64,000 nt of DNA from Deltaproteobacteria bacterium (GTDB lineage Bacteria > Myxococcota > Kuafuiibacteriia > Kuafuiibacteriales > Kuafuiibacteriaceae). Of the stretch, positions 9,818 to 19,718 are shown in pieces. A model generated the notes under the pieces. It saw only the letters and a list, made by a program, of their open reading frames with translations, was not told the DNA's origin and did not search any database. A program made the translations under genes and the position numbers. Location of the stretch: positions 128,001 through 192,000 of the forward strand of contig JAVJQW010000006.1 in NCBI GenBank assembly GCA_040218735.1. The letters run 5' to 3'. Position 1 is the stretch's first letter. The number at the start of each line of letters is the position of its first letter.

Positions 9818-10372
9818 GTGCTTCGCGTTGGGGTGATAGGGCTGATGCTCACGCTCTGCTCGTGTGTGTCGGGCGCCGGCACCGCGGCGAAGCCGACGGC
9901 GCTCGAACGACAACTCCTCGGCGCGTACGAAGAGCTCGACGACTCCCTCGCATCGGTCGCGTCCGTACGTGCAGAGAATGCACCTGCAGGTCGCTCCTTC
10001 ACGCAGATGGAAGCGCTCGCGATCGACGCTCGGGCCACCCAGCGTTTCAACGCGGACGACCTCGCCGAGCTGAAGGACGCGGGCTGTATCGCGGAGACGC
10101 GCGCCGCGAAGGTGATCGTTCGCGACTGCTCCATCGCGAGCGAGGGGGCCGTGCAGCGGAGGTTGGGGCGCGTCGTCGAGGAGGAGAACCGAGCCCGCCG
10201 CGACATCGTGACGTGGGCGGCGTACGCGTTCGCGCGGCGCGACGGACGCCCGAGCCCGTCCGCCGAAGAGGTCGAAGCGCTGCGTCAGGCCTACCGACGC
10301 CTCCAGTACGAATCCGCGCGCGCGGGGCACGTCATCGAGGACGAGGCCGGTGCGTTCGTCCGAGTGAAATAA
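9818..10372 (+). CDS. DUF1318/YdbL-like lipoprotein
   Basis: Lipobox LCSC; 'ELKDAGCIAE...VVEEENRARR...ARAGHVIEDEAG.FVRVK' resembles the DUF1318 pattern; stop directly abuts next start. Confidence 0.65.
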   Translation: MLRVGVIGLMLTLCSCVSGAGTAAKPTALERQLLGAYEELDDSLASVASVRAENAPAGRSFTQMEALAIDARATQRFNADDLAELKDAGCIAETRAAKVIVRDCSIASEGAVQRRLGRVVEEENRARRDIVTWAAYAFARRDGRPSPSAEEVEALRQAYRRLQYESARAGHVIEDEAGAFVRVK

Positions 10373-13300
10373 GTGCGAGTCGCGGCCGGAACGCTCGCGC
10401 TGGTGCTGCTGTCGTGCGGCGGCGTCGACATCCCGCGCCCGACCATCCCGGAGGCGGAGCTCGAAGGGCTGCGTACCGGCACCCTCGTCGCGTTCACGCC
10501 GGAAGACGATCTGCTGCCGAGTGTCTCGTCCGACGGGCGCTACGTCCTGTTCGCGAGTGAGCAGAACGGAAACCTCGACGTCTGGGTGCGCGACTTCGGA
10601 CGCCACTCGACGTACCCCATCACCAAGGAGAGCTCCGCGGACGACTTCGATCCGAAGATCTCCCCCGACGGTCGCCGCATGGCGTTCGTGACGCGACGCC
10701 TCGACGCGAAGGGCGACATCTTCATCTCCGACTCCAACGACGAGAGCGACCTCGAGCGCATCACCGACGAACGCACGCACGACCGTCAGCCCGCGTGGGC
10801 GCCGAACGGCGAGACGATTTACTTCACGGCCGCGCTCGGTATCGCGCGGGAACACATCGCGAAGGTCGACATCGATTCGAAGAAGGTCGACCGTGTGTCA
10901 CCGGGGCCCGGCTTCGATCCCGCCGTGTCGCCGGACGGGCGCTACCTCGTCTACACCCAGCCCGAGCGTCATCCGCGGTTGGTCGCGCTCGAGCTGGCGT
11001 CGGGGTCGACCGTCGCGCTCACGATCGGGGAGGCGCCGGAGGGGTTCGCGGCGTTCGTTCCGCCGTCGGCGCTCGAGGAGGGGGTGAAGGCCGGGTTGCT
11101 CTACGTTCGGTTCCCGGACGACGACAACGGTGACGGCATCCTCGACGCCGCGGACCACGGGAGCATCTGGCGCATCGACGTGGACCTGCCCGCGTTGTTC
11201 GCGGGTGGGTCGGACGCGGTGTCGCGCCCGCGTCCTCTGACGGACGGGAGCGACGACGAGCTGTTCCCCAACGCGGGTGACGGGTGGCTCTACGTTACGC
11301 GCGGCTCGGTGCAGCAGGACATCGTGCGCTTCCCGATCGACGGGATGTTCCCGCCGTACGAGGACCCGGCCCAGTACCTCGCGCTCGCGAAGACGGTCGA
11401 GGACCCGCGCACACGTTGGTTCGTGTACCGGCTCGCGGAGGCGCGCACGGACGACACCCTCCTCGGCGCGCAGATCGCGCTGAACATCGCGAACCTCCAC
11501 CTCGCGGCTTCGCGCGACGACCTCGCGCGGCCCGCGTTCGAACGGGTCTTCGTGTACACGCGCCGCGCGACGGCCGACACCCCGCGCGCACAGCTCGCGG
11601 GGCTCGCGCGGACGGAGCTCGCGGCGATCGAACACCGGCGCCGGGTCGCGGCGGGAGACGATCTCACGAACGTCATCGAGCGCACCGAGAAGACGCTGCT
11701 GAAGATCCGCGCGGACTGCGCGTGGTCCGAGCGCGTCGTCGCGCGTGTGAACCTCGAGCTCGCGGAGCTCCTCGTGGCGCGCGGTCATCGGGTGCTCGCG
11801 ATCGAGGCGTTCGATCGTGTGATCGCGGAGCACCCCGAGCAGACCTACTCGGCGGCGCGGGCGGCGCTGCGGCGCATCGAGCTGCTGCAGATCGCCCACG
11901 ACCCACCGGCGATCGGCGAGGCCTACCGGCGGGTGTTGGAGCAGTGGCCGGACCAGGTGGAGATCGTGAACGAGGCGTCGAGGCGCATCGTCGCTGCGCA
12001 CCTGGAGGACCTCGTGGTCGGCGACGACTGGAAGGATCAAGTCGACGCGCTGAGGCGAATCATCCCGAGGTTCGGCGCTTCGCCGGTACGTCGCGAAGCG
12101 CGCTGGCAGTTGGCCCGTCTCCTCGAGGAGCACGGCGCGCTCGACTCGGCCGCGCTCGAGTATCGCCAGATCGTCGCCGCCGCGAAGAAGGACCGACTCT
12201 CGGGCGCGCGGGGGATGGTGCGGCTCCACACGATCAACGAGCGCCGCGGCGCGCGAGACGAGGCGTCGCGCGGGTGGCGCGAGCTGCGGAGTCGGTTCAG
12301 CGATCTCCCCGGGTACGGCGCGCTCGCGCGCGAGGCGATCACCCGCGTGGATCTGGAGCGCGCGCAGGCGGAGGAAGAAGACGACAACCTCACGGCCGCG
12401 CTCGCCGCTTACAAGAACGTGATCGACAACGACCTCACGCAGGTGAAGGCGCACCGGCGTTACCTCGCGCTGTCGGCGCAGGTCGGTCGGATCGACGAGG
12501 CGCTCGCGGAGGCCAAGGCGCGCGCGGAGGCGTCCGCCGGGACCCCGATCGCGAGGTACGCCTACGGGCTCGCGCTGACGTGGGCGGACCCGCCGAAGCT
12601 CGACGACGCGTGGGACGAGATCGCGGAGGCGATTCGCCTGAACCCGCAGCTCCCGAACGCGTACGTCACGCGCGGGTGGATCCGCGAGCGGCGGGAGCGG
12701 TCGCCCTCGACGATCAAGGTGATCATCCGCGAGGTCACGCAGCGGATCGGACAGATGGTCGGCGGGTTCCTCGACGTGGAGATCGGTCAGCAGGGGGAGC
12801 TCGAGCTCGCGCTGGAGGACTACAAGACGGCGCTCCGCCTCAACCCGGAGTCGACGGCGCCGGAGGCGGAGGCGGAGATCCTCCTCAACCTCGGCAACGC
12901 ACACTACCTGCTCGCGGAGACGACACAGGACGTCGCGAACATGCGGCTCGCGTTCGACCGGTACGTCGAGATGTGGCGCCTCGGGTACGCGTTCTACGAG
13001 CCGATCGTCGAGGCGATCTTCTGGGAGCGCTTCGGGCGCAGCGCGATCTGGGCGGACGAGCCGGCGCTCTCCGCGATGGCCACGCGGCGGGCGATCCAGT
13101 TCGCGAAGAAACACGATCTCGATTCGCGGCTCGCGCAGCTGTACGGCAACCTCGCGCTGGCCTACGCGAACGCCGGCGAAGACGCCTACGCCGAGGCGGC
13201 GCTCGCCGAGTTCGACAGCGCGCTGACCAAGCGCAAGATCGAGGAGCGCGTCATCATCGCCGTGCGCAACCGGGCGCGGTCGCGGCTCGCTACGATCGAG

Positions 13301-16300
13301 GCGCGCTCGACCGAGTCCCTCGACGAGGTGCTGCGCGCGCTGCGGAAGTCGCGGCACCTCCTCGCGAAGGAGAAGAGCACTGGGCGACAGACGCCGGATC
13401 TGTGGCGCGGCGCGATCGCGAACTACACGAGCGCGCAGTACGGGTTCCGAGCGGAGGGGGAGCTCGACCTCAACCTCGCCCTCGCCGAGATCACCCACCA
13501 GGCGCACGGGGAGACCTCGCGCGTGCGTGCGCTGCGTGAGGCGCGCCTCGACGTCACGTCGCACATCCTCGAGACGATCCCCACGAAGCTGATGATCGAT
13601 ACGGAGCCCGTCGCGCTCACGCAGGCGCGGGAGCGCATCGGTCTGGTGGCGAGTCGAGCGCGCGCCCTCTTGGAGCGCGGGGACCCGGAGGCGATCACGG
13701 CCTACGACGCGGCGCTCGCGGAGGTGGATCGGTGGTACGAGGACGGTCGCCTCGCGCTGGACCGCCCGGCGCTCGCAGTGGATCGCGGGCGGGTGCTCGC
13801 GGCGCGGGTCGAGGCGAAGCTTCGGTTGGGGTTGCCGATCGCGGACGAGGCCGCGGGGCTCGAGGCGGCGCGGACGAAGATCCTGGAGGACCTCTCGGGC
13901 ACGGCGAGCGCGACGACCGGCGCGTTGCTCCTGACGAGCGAGCTGCTCGAAACACTCCCGAGCGCGCTGACCTCGACGGGCGCGTTGGCGCAGACCTCTT
14001 CGATCGCGATGCACGCGCCGCTCCTCGGCCGCGCGTTCCTCGACGCGCGCGCCGTGCGCGCGCGGTTGTCGCACGCGCTCGGGCTGGTGCAGGTCGACGC
14101 CGTTCACCGCGGGCTCCGCGGCGCGGCGGATCTCGACGGCGCGCTCGCGAGCCTCGACGCGGCGTCGCGCGAGGGGATGCGGGCGGCGCACGAACGCTTC
14201 GACCTCGCGGCGCGGGAAGCCGCCGGAGCGGGGCCCGGGCTCGGCGGGACGGTCGTCGTCGCGGCCCTCACGGCGCTCGCCCGGACCGCGCGAGCTCAAC
14301 CCGACCAGCGGGTGATGTCGGCGGCGTTCGCCGCCGAGGCTCAGGCGATCGCAAAACGGATCGGGCGGCCGGATCTCGAGGCGGGGGTGTTGCTCACGGA
14401 CGCGTGGACGCGGACCGCGACGCACGCGCGCACGATCGATACGCAGCTTCGCGCGCGCGGACCGCACGTCTACCTGAACGCGCGCGACGCCTACGAGCGT
14501 CTGCTGGAGCGGGTCGTCGGGCTCGCGGTCGCGCAGTCCAAGACCAACGCGGCCTTCGCGGCGGTGGATCGGATGCTCCTCGTGCACACGGCCTCCGGCG
14601 TGGGCGTGCAGCTGTCGAACGCGACGTCGTCGAGCGATCGCGCCGCGTCGACGCGATACCGTCGGTTCCTAGACCGCCTCACCCAGCTCCGGGGGGAGCT
14701 CGCCTCGACGGATCTGACGACGTCGGTCGACGACCACGCAGCGCTCCTCTCGCGCATCAACGACACGATGGAGGCGCTCGCCGAATTCGAGGAGCTCGCG
14801 GTCGCGGACTACTCCGAGGCCGGTTACCTGCGCACGTTCCGGTTGCCGCAGGACCCGGACTTCGTCGCGGCGGACCTCACGCCGCGCCAGATCGTCATCG
14901 CGCCGTTTTCACTCGAAGGCCGCGTGCACCTCGCGCTCGTCGACGGGTCAACGACGGCGCCGCAGCTGGCGATCACGCCGACGGACGTCGCGTTCGAGGA
15001 CGCGAAGGCCGCGCTTGCTGCGCTGCGGGTGGGGCTGCAGAGCGGGTACGCCGACTCGGCTTCGGTCGAGGTGCTCCAGGCCGCGCTGGTCACGCCGATC
15101 GCGGCGCGCCTGAAGAACAAACGGCACGTCGTGTTTGCGTCGGCGCTCCTCGGCGGCCCGATCCCGGGCGTGGTGTTGCCGAAGGCGGCGCTGACGCACG
15201 TGAGCGCGCCCTCCGCGCTGGCGCAGGCGGCGTTGGCGCAGGTGGTCGGCGTCGAGGGGCAGATCGTCGTGGCGACGGACCCTGGGGCTCCGCTCGTCGA
15301 CGGGCGTGTCCTCGACCCGAGACAGACCGCCGCGTTCCGCGCGACGAAGAACAAGGAAGATCTTCAGCTCGGGGCGCAGCGCTCGCTCGACGAGCGCTCC
15401 GCCGTCGAGCGGCTCGCGGCGCGGGCGGTCGACGCGGTCGTCGTCGATGCACCGGTGATCCTCGAACCGAACGCGCCGGAGCGAGCGGCGCTCTCCGTCG
15501 GAACCGCGACCTCCGCCGATGGCGACTACGGGACCCCGATCGCGGACCGCTTCTCCGAGGAGGTCCCGCTCACGGAGCTGGATCTCCCGTCGCGGGTGCT
15601 GGTGCTCGGACGGGTGACGGAACGCGACCTCGGGGGCGCGGCGTACCCCGCGGATGCGTTGCTGAGCCTGGACCTGACGCTGGCCATGAACGGCCACGCG
15701 ACCACGCTGATCGTGCCGGAGCGTGTGCCCCGGCCGGTGGCGCGGCGGGTGGTGCAGCGGTTCCTCGATCGCGCGAAGACCCAGTCGTACGCGTACGCGC
15801 TCGCGGCGACGTTGCGTGAGGAGCGTGCGTCGGCGCCGCAGGTCGATCTGATCGCGCTGGTCGGTGCGCCGGGCCTCGATGCCCAGGGCCAGCGCGCCTA
15901 CGCGAAGAGGAACGTCACGAAGGCGCGCCGGTACGCGATCGATCGCCTGAAGAACAAACGCTACGAGGAGGTCGTCCCGGCGCTCGAACGCTGGATCCGG
16001 CTGCAGTTCTCCGCGCGCGCGCCCAAGTACGTGAAGTCGGCGTACCTCGCGTTGGTCGGTGTGTTGAGCGAGACCCTCGAAGAACACGCGCGCGCCGCGG
16101 ACGCGATGGAGCAGCTCGTCGAGTTCATGGCGAGCAAGAAGGGCGGCAAGAAGGAGCGCCGGCAGGTCGCGGACGCGCGCGTCGACCTCGCGTACCTCTA
16201 CTCGCGCGCGCACGACTACGTGAAGGCCGAGCAGACCTTCGCCGGTGCGATCGAAGAGCTGGAGGCGCTGGGGCAGCGGGACGGCGTCGCGCGTGCGTGG

Positions 16301-18745
16301 TTCAAGCTGGCGCGTCACTACAAGGAGAAGCTCGACTTCGAGGCCGCCGCGAAGTGGATGGAGAAGTCGGTCGACCTGTACGAGGACCTCGGGCAGTACG
16401 CGCCCGGTGCGAAGCGGACGGCGGAGGCGAACCTCGCGTTGGAGCAGGCCGGTCACATCTACCTCACGAGCCTGAGTGATCCCGTCCGCGCGGAGCGGGC
16501 GTACGAGCGTGCGATTCGTTTTGCGAAGGACGAGGAGGCGCGCATCGACGGTCTGATCGACCTCGCGCGCGTGGCGCGACGACGCGGTGACTTCACGCGT
16601 GCGACGGAGCTCGCGGAGGCGGCGAGGAAGGCCGCGGCCGACAAGAAACTCCCCACGCGCGAGCTGTCGGGCGTGATCGAGAGCGCCAACGTGGCGTGGT
16701 ACCGCGGGGACTACGCGCGGGGCCGTACGAAGTGCGAGGAGAGCCTCGCGCTCGCGTCGAAGTTGTACGGGATCGTTCGCGACGCGTCGGCCAAGAAGAA
16801 GGTCGAAGGCAAGGTGCCGTCGAAGCGCGAAGTGCAGCGGCTGGAGATCTTCGCGCGGAGCGTGTGCGGTCTGGTGGCGATGAGTCAGCGCGACTACGCC
16901 GGGGCGATCGATTACCTGTCGACCGCGCGGCGCATCGCGGACTCGACGAACAACCGGCGCGAGGTCGCGACGCAGTTCAACAACCTCGGCAACGTCTACC
17001 TGGAGCAGGGGCTCCCGGACGATGCCGCCGACGCGTTCCGCAAGGCGCTGTCGATCGACACCAAGCTCTCCGACAAATACGCGCTCGCCTACGATCTGAG
17101 GAACCTCGGTCGCGCGTTGACGCAGCAGCGCGACTTCGACGAAGCCGCGATCGCGCTGCGCCGCGGGCTCGAGTACGCCAAGGAGGCGCGCGACACGAAC
17201 AACGAGCTTCGCGCGCGGTTTGCCTTGGCGCTCCTCGCCGAGGCGCGCGGCGACGAGGGGGCGGCGCAGGCGGCCTACGCGGCGGCGCTCCCGCTCGCCG
17301 AGCGGCTCGACGTCCGGGACATCACTTGGCAGATCCACCGCGCGCAGGGGCAGGCTGCGGAGAAGGCGGGGGATCTGGAGCGGGCCGAGGCCTCCTATCG
17401 ATCGGCGGTCGCGGTCGCCGGGACGCTGACCGGGCGGGCGTCGGTGGGGGAGGTCGGGCCCAACCGCTTCGAGACGTTCGACGACCTGATGCGCCTGTAC
17501 CTCGATCAGGACCGAGACCGGGAGGCGTTCGACGTGGCGGTCCGTCGCCGGCAGCTCGAACAGCTCGCGTTGCTCGCGGACGCGCGTGTGCCGCTCGGCG
17601 GTGCGGAGGTGCTCGCGCTGCTGTCGACGATGCAGACCACAACGAGCGCGACGGTCGCGTCGGAGGCGCTCACCGCGTTGCGGAAGTCGGCGCCGCGGGT
17701 CGCGGACGTCTTCGAGCCGATCGACGTCGACGCGGTGGCTGCCCAGCTGCCGGGCGACGCGGCGATCCTGATGTACACGGTCACGCGTCAGGGCCTCGCG
17801 ACCTTCGCGCTCACGAAGGCTGGGCTGGTGGCGTCGCAGGTCAAGGAGTCGGGGCTCGTCGAGCGCGTGCAGCGGTACGCGCAGCTGCTCGCCGACCGCG
17901 CGGACCTCTCGACGGAGCACGCGTTCCTGGCCACGGCGATGTTCTCGGGCGTTCGCGAGGCGCTGAAGGACAAACGTCGCGCCGCGTTCGTGCTGGACGG
18001 TCCGCTCGCGTACGTCGCGGTGGCGGCGCTGCCGTACGAGCAGGACGTCGCGGTGGTGGATCGTTTTGTCCCGTCGCGCGCGCTACACGTGCGCGGCGCG
18101 CTGCGCGGGCTGACGAACCCGATGCCGGCGTTCGGTTCGCTGCCGATCCGTGCGCTCGGTGCGTCGTCGTTGCCGCCGGGCTCGGCGCGCCGTCCGCTCC
18201 CGTTTGCGCGGCGTGAGCTCGACGTGATCCAAGAGGAGTTCCCGAGCGCCGCGGTGACGAAGGGCGACGGCGTGACGCGGAGCATGCTCGCGTCGACGTT
18301 GGCGTCGTCCGAGGGGGTCTTCCACTTCGCCGGCCACAGCGTCCTCGCCGACAACCGGCGCGGGGTGCTCGACCCGCTCGGCGGTCAGCTCCTGACGAGC
18401 GACGGTCCGGTGTCGGTGCTCGAGGTGCTGCGGCAGCGGACGGCGTCGAAGCTCGTGGTGCTCTCCGCGTGTTTTTCGATGCTCGCGCCGTTCACCGACA
18501 GCGAACACCTCGGCGGCGAGGAGCTCGTCTCCTTCGTACGCGCGCTGCACCTCGCCGGCGCGGAGCACGTGCTCGCGACGTCGAGCTTCGTCGACGACCT
18601 CTCGGCGTCGGTGCTGATGAAGCGCTTCTACCGTGCGGCGAAGGGCGCCGACGCGCCGACCGCGCTCGCCGAAGCCCAACGCGCGGTGCGCGTGCATCAC
18701 CCGCACCCGGCTTGGTGGGCGACTTTTGCGGTGGTGGATCGGTAG
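10373..18745 (+). CDS. Giant lipoprotein: TolB/PD40-like beta-propeller + TPRs + degenerate CHAT + C-terminal CHAT (caspase-family) protease
   Basis: 2790 aa; lipobox LLSC; PSVSSDG/PKISPDG/PAWAPNG/PAVSPDG repeats; TPRs (NNLGNVY, RNLGRAL); FHFAGH and VVLSAC catalytic dyad; HPAWWATF end motif. Confidence 0.88.
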   Translation: MRVAAGTLALVLLSCGGVDIPRPTIPEAELEGLRTGTLVAFTPEDDLLPSVSSDGRYVLFASEQNGNLDVWVRDFGRHSTYPITKESSADDFDPKISPDGRRMAFVTRRLDAKGDIFISDSNDESDLERITDERTHDRQPAWAPNGETIYFTAALGIAREHIAKVDIDSKKVDRVSPGPGFDPAVSPDGRYLVYTQPERHPRLVALELASGSTVALTIGEAPEGFAAFVPPSALEEGVKAGLLYVRFPDDDNGDGILDAADHGSIWRIDVDLPALFAGGSDAVSRPRPLTDGSDDELFPNAGDGWLYVTRGSVQQDIVRFPIDGMFPPYEDPAQYLALAKTVEDPRTRWFVYRLAEARTDDTLLGAQIALNIANLHLAASRDDLARPAFERVFVYTRRATADTPRAQLAGLARTELAAIEHRRRVAAGDDLTNVIERTEKTLLKIRADCAWSERVVARVNLELAELLVARGHRVLAIEAFDRVIAEHPEQTYSAARAALRRIELLQIAHDPPAIGEAYRRVLEQWPDQVEIVNEASRRIVAAHLEDLVVGDDWKDQVDALRRIIPRFGASPVRREARWQLARLLEEHGALDSAALEYRQIVAAAKKDRLSGARGMVRLHTINERRGARDEASRGWRELRSRFSDLPGYGALAREAITRVDLERAQAEEEDDNLTAALAAYKNVIDNDLTQVKAHRRYLALSAQVGRIDEALAEAKARAEASAGTPIARYAYGLALTWADPPKLDDAWDEIAEAIRLNPQLPNAYVTRGWIRERRERSPSTIKVIIREVTQRIGQMVGGFLDVEIGQQGELELALEDYKTALRLNPESTAPEAEAEILLNLGNAHYLLAETTQDVANMRLAFDRYVEMWRLGYAFYEPIVEAIFWERFGRSAIWADEPALSAMATRRAIQFAKKHDLDSRLAQLYGNLALAYANAGEDAYAEAALAEFDSALTKRKIEERVIIAVRNRARSRLATIEARSTESLDEVLRALRKSRHLLAKEKSTGRQTPDLWRGAIANYTSAQYGFRAEGELDLNLALAEITHQAHGETSRVRALREARLDVTSHILETIPTKLMIDTEPVALTQARERIGLVASRARALLERGDPEAITAYDAALAEVDRWYEDGRLALDRPALAVDRGRVLAARVEAKLRLGLPIADEAAGLEAARTKILEDLSGTASATTGALLLTSELLETLPSALTSTGALAQTSSIAMHAPLLGRAFLDARAVRARLSHALGLVQVDAVHRGLRGAADLDGALASLDAASREGMRAAHERFDLAAREAAGAGPGLGGTVVVAALTALARTARAQPDQRVMSAAFAAEAQAIAKRIGRPDLEAGVLLTDAWTRTATHARTIDTQLRARGPHVYLNARDAYERLLERVVGLAVAQSKTNAAFAAVDRMLLVHTASGVGVQLSNATSSSDRAASTRYRRFLDRLTQLRGELASTDLTTSVDDHAALLSRINDTMEALAEFEELAVADYSEAGYLRTFRLPQDPDFVAADLTPRQIVIAPFSLEGRVHLALVDGSTTAPQLAITPTDVAFEDAKAALAALRVGLQSGYADSASVEVLQAALVTPIAARLKNKRHVVFASALLGGPIPGVVLPKAALTHVSAPSALAQAALAQVVGVEGQIVVATDPGAPLVDGRVLDPRQTAAFRATKNKEDLQLGAQRSLDERSAVERLAARAVDAVVVDAPVILEPNAPERAALSVGTATSADGDYGTPIADRFSEEVPLTELDLPSRVLVLGRVTERDLGGAAYPADALLSLDLTLAMNGHATTLIVPERVPRPVARRVVQRFLDRAKTQSYAYALAATLREERASAPQVDLIALVGAPGLDAQGQRAYAKRNVTKARRYAIDRLKNKRYEEVVPALERWIRLQFSARAPKYVKSAYLALVGVLSETLEEHARAADAMEQLVEFMASKKGGKKERRQVADARVDLAYLYSRAHDYVKAEQTFAGAIEELEALGQRDGVARAWFKLARHYKEKLDFEAAAKWMEKSVDLYEDLGQYAPGAKRTAEANLALEQAGHIYLTSLSDPVRAERAYERAIRFAKDEEARIDGLIDLARVARRRGDFTRATELAEAARKAAADKKLPTRELSGVIESANVAWYRGDYARGRTKCEESLALASKLYGIVRDASAKKKVEGKVPSKREVQRLEIFARSVCGLVAMSQRDYAGAIDYLSTARRIADSTNNRREVATQFNNLGNVYLEQGLPDDAADAFRKALSIDTKLSDKYALAYDLRNLGRALTQQRDFDEAAIALRRGLEYAKEARDTNNELRARFALALLAEARGDEGAAQAAYAAALPLAERLDVRDITWQIHRAQGQAAEKAGDLERAEASYRSAVAVAGTLTGRASVGEVGPNRFETFDDLMRLYLDQDRDREAFDVAVRRRQLEQLALLADARVPLGGAEVLALLSTMQTTTSATVASEALTALRKSAPRVADVFEPIDVDAVAAQLPGDAAILMYTVTRQGLATFALTKAGLVASQVKESGLVERVQRYAQLLADRADLSTEHAFLATAMFSGVREALKDKRRAAFVLDGPLAYVAVAALPYEQDVAVVDRFVPSRALHVRGALRGLTNPMPAFGSLPIRALGASSLPPGSARRPLPFARRELDVIQEEFPSAAVTKGDGVTRSMLASTLASSEGVFHFAGHSVLADNRRGVLDPLGGQLLTSDGPVSVLEVLRQRTASKLVVLSACFSMLAPFTDSEHLGGEELVSFVRALHLAGAEHVLATSSFVDDLSASVLMKRFYRAAKGADAPTALAEAQRAVRVHHPHPAWWATFAVVDR

Positions 18746-18764
18746 CCCGTCTCCTGTGCCTTTT

Positions 18765-19718
18765 TCAGGGACGTGAGAGCGCCTGGGCGACGCTCGCGGT
18801 GACGACGGCGGCGCCGGCCTCGTTCGTGTGAACGGAGTCGGCGAGGAGCGTGGTCTTCAGCGGCGGCGGGCGCTCGAAGAGGAGGCGGACGCGCTCGGGA
18901 AGGACGGCGCGCACCGCCTCCGGGTCGAAGTCCACGCGGGTGCCCTCCGGGGTCGGGCCGAGGAGCCACCAACACGTCGTCGACGCGGGGAGGCGCGCGA
19001 GCATCCGGTCGAGCGCGCGCCGGTGCGGTGGGGTGAGGACGAATCGGTCGGCGATCACACTCGCGCGGAACGCGCCCGCGGCCGGGAAGTAGCCGAGGCG
19101 CGCGCGGTCCGCGACGAAGGTCGCGTTGGCGTCCAGGTTGGCTCGGCCCGCGGACAGGTCGAACAGCAGCCACGGGCGCGCCGCGCCGAACACGTACGCG
19201 CGGTGCCGGTAGGTCGGGGACGCGGAGCGGAGTACGGCGTCGACGCCCTGCACCCAGGTGAGCTCACCGACTCCGACGTGGCGCCACGCGGAGGCGGGGG
19301 ACGGGAAGAAGTCGAGGTAGAGCGCCGTCGGGAAGTCTTCGATCCCGCCGTCCGGGACGTGCCCGAGCACGACCGTGCTCGGGGGCGGGTGCGCCGAGAG
19401 GTACGCGTCGAGGAAGGCTTCGTCGGCGATGAGCCCGGCGTCGGAGACGAAGCCGAGGTTCGTCGCGCGTTGGTTCGTGAGCGCTTCGAAGCGCTGCGGG
19501 TCGATCGACGCGCGCACGCTGGAGTCGCCGAGGAAGAGCACGTCGGTTTCGTGGGTGACGCGCGCCTCGAGGTGCCGGTGCAAAAGGAACGTCTCGTTCG
19601 TGCTCGCGCGCCCCGCGAAGCGGTCCAGGCCGATCTCCGCCGCCGCCGCCACGACGACGAACCCCGCGAGCCCGAGCAGGAGCGCGCGTCGGTCAGAACT
19701 GGAAGTAGATGAACTCAC
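18765..19718 (-). CDS. SGNH/DltD-like exported protein, partner of MBOAT acyltransferase
   Basis: N-terminal TM; FLGDSS, NLG and D-SVH motifs; start overlaps the MBOAT 3' end. Confidence 0.7.
   Translation of the reverse strand: MSSSTSSSDRRALLLGLAGFVVVAAAAEIGLDRFAGRASTNETFLLHRHLEARVTHETDVLFLGDSSVRASIDPQRFEALTNQRATNLGFVSDAGLIADEAFLDAYLSAHPPPSTVVLGHVPDGGIEDFPTALYLDFFPSPASAWRHVGVGELTWVQGVDAVLRSASPTYRHRAYVFGAARPWLLFDLSAGRANLDANATFVADRARLGYFPAAGAFRASVIADRFVLTPPHRRALDRMLARLPASTTCWWLLGPTPEGTRVDFDPEAVRAVLPERVRLLFERPPPLKTTLLADSVHTNEAGAAVVTASVAQALSRP

Noticed and set aside
8519-10855. Apparent long bidirectional overlap of 778-aa and 591-aa ORFs
   Set aside because: Each has a credible internal start (9661 minus, 9818 plus); the extensions are shadows of the opposite gene
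10898-17920. Long antisense and alternative-frame ORFs within the giant CHAT gene
   Set aside because: Arg/Pro/Gly-rich or mirror-frame translations typical of GC-rich DNA
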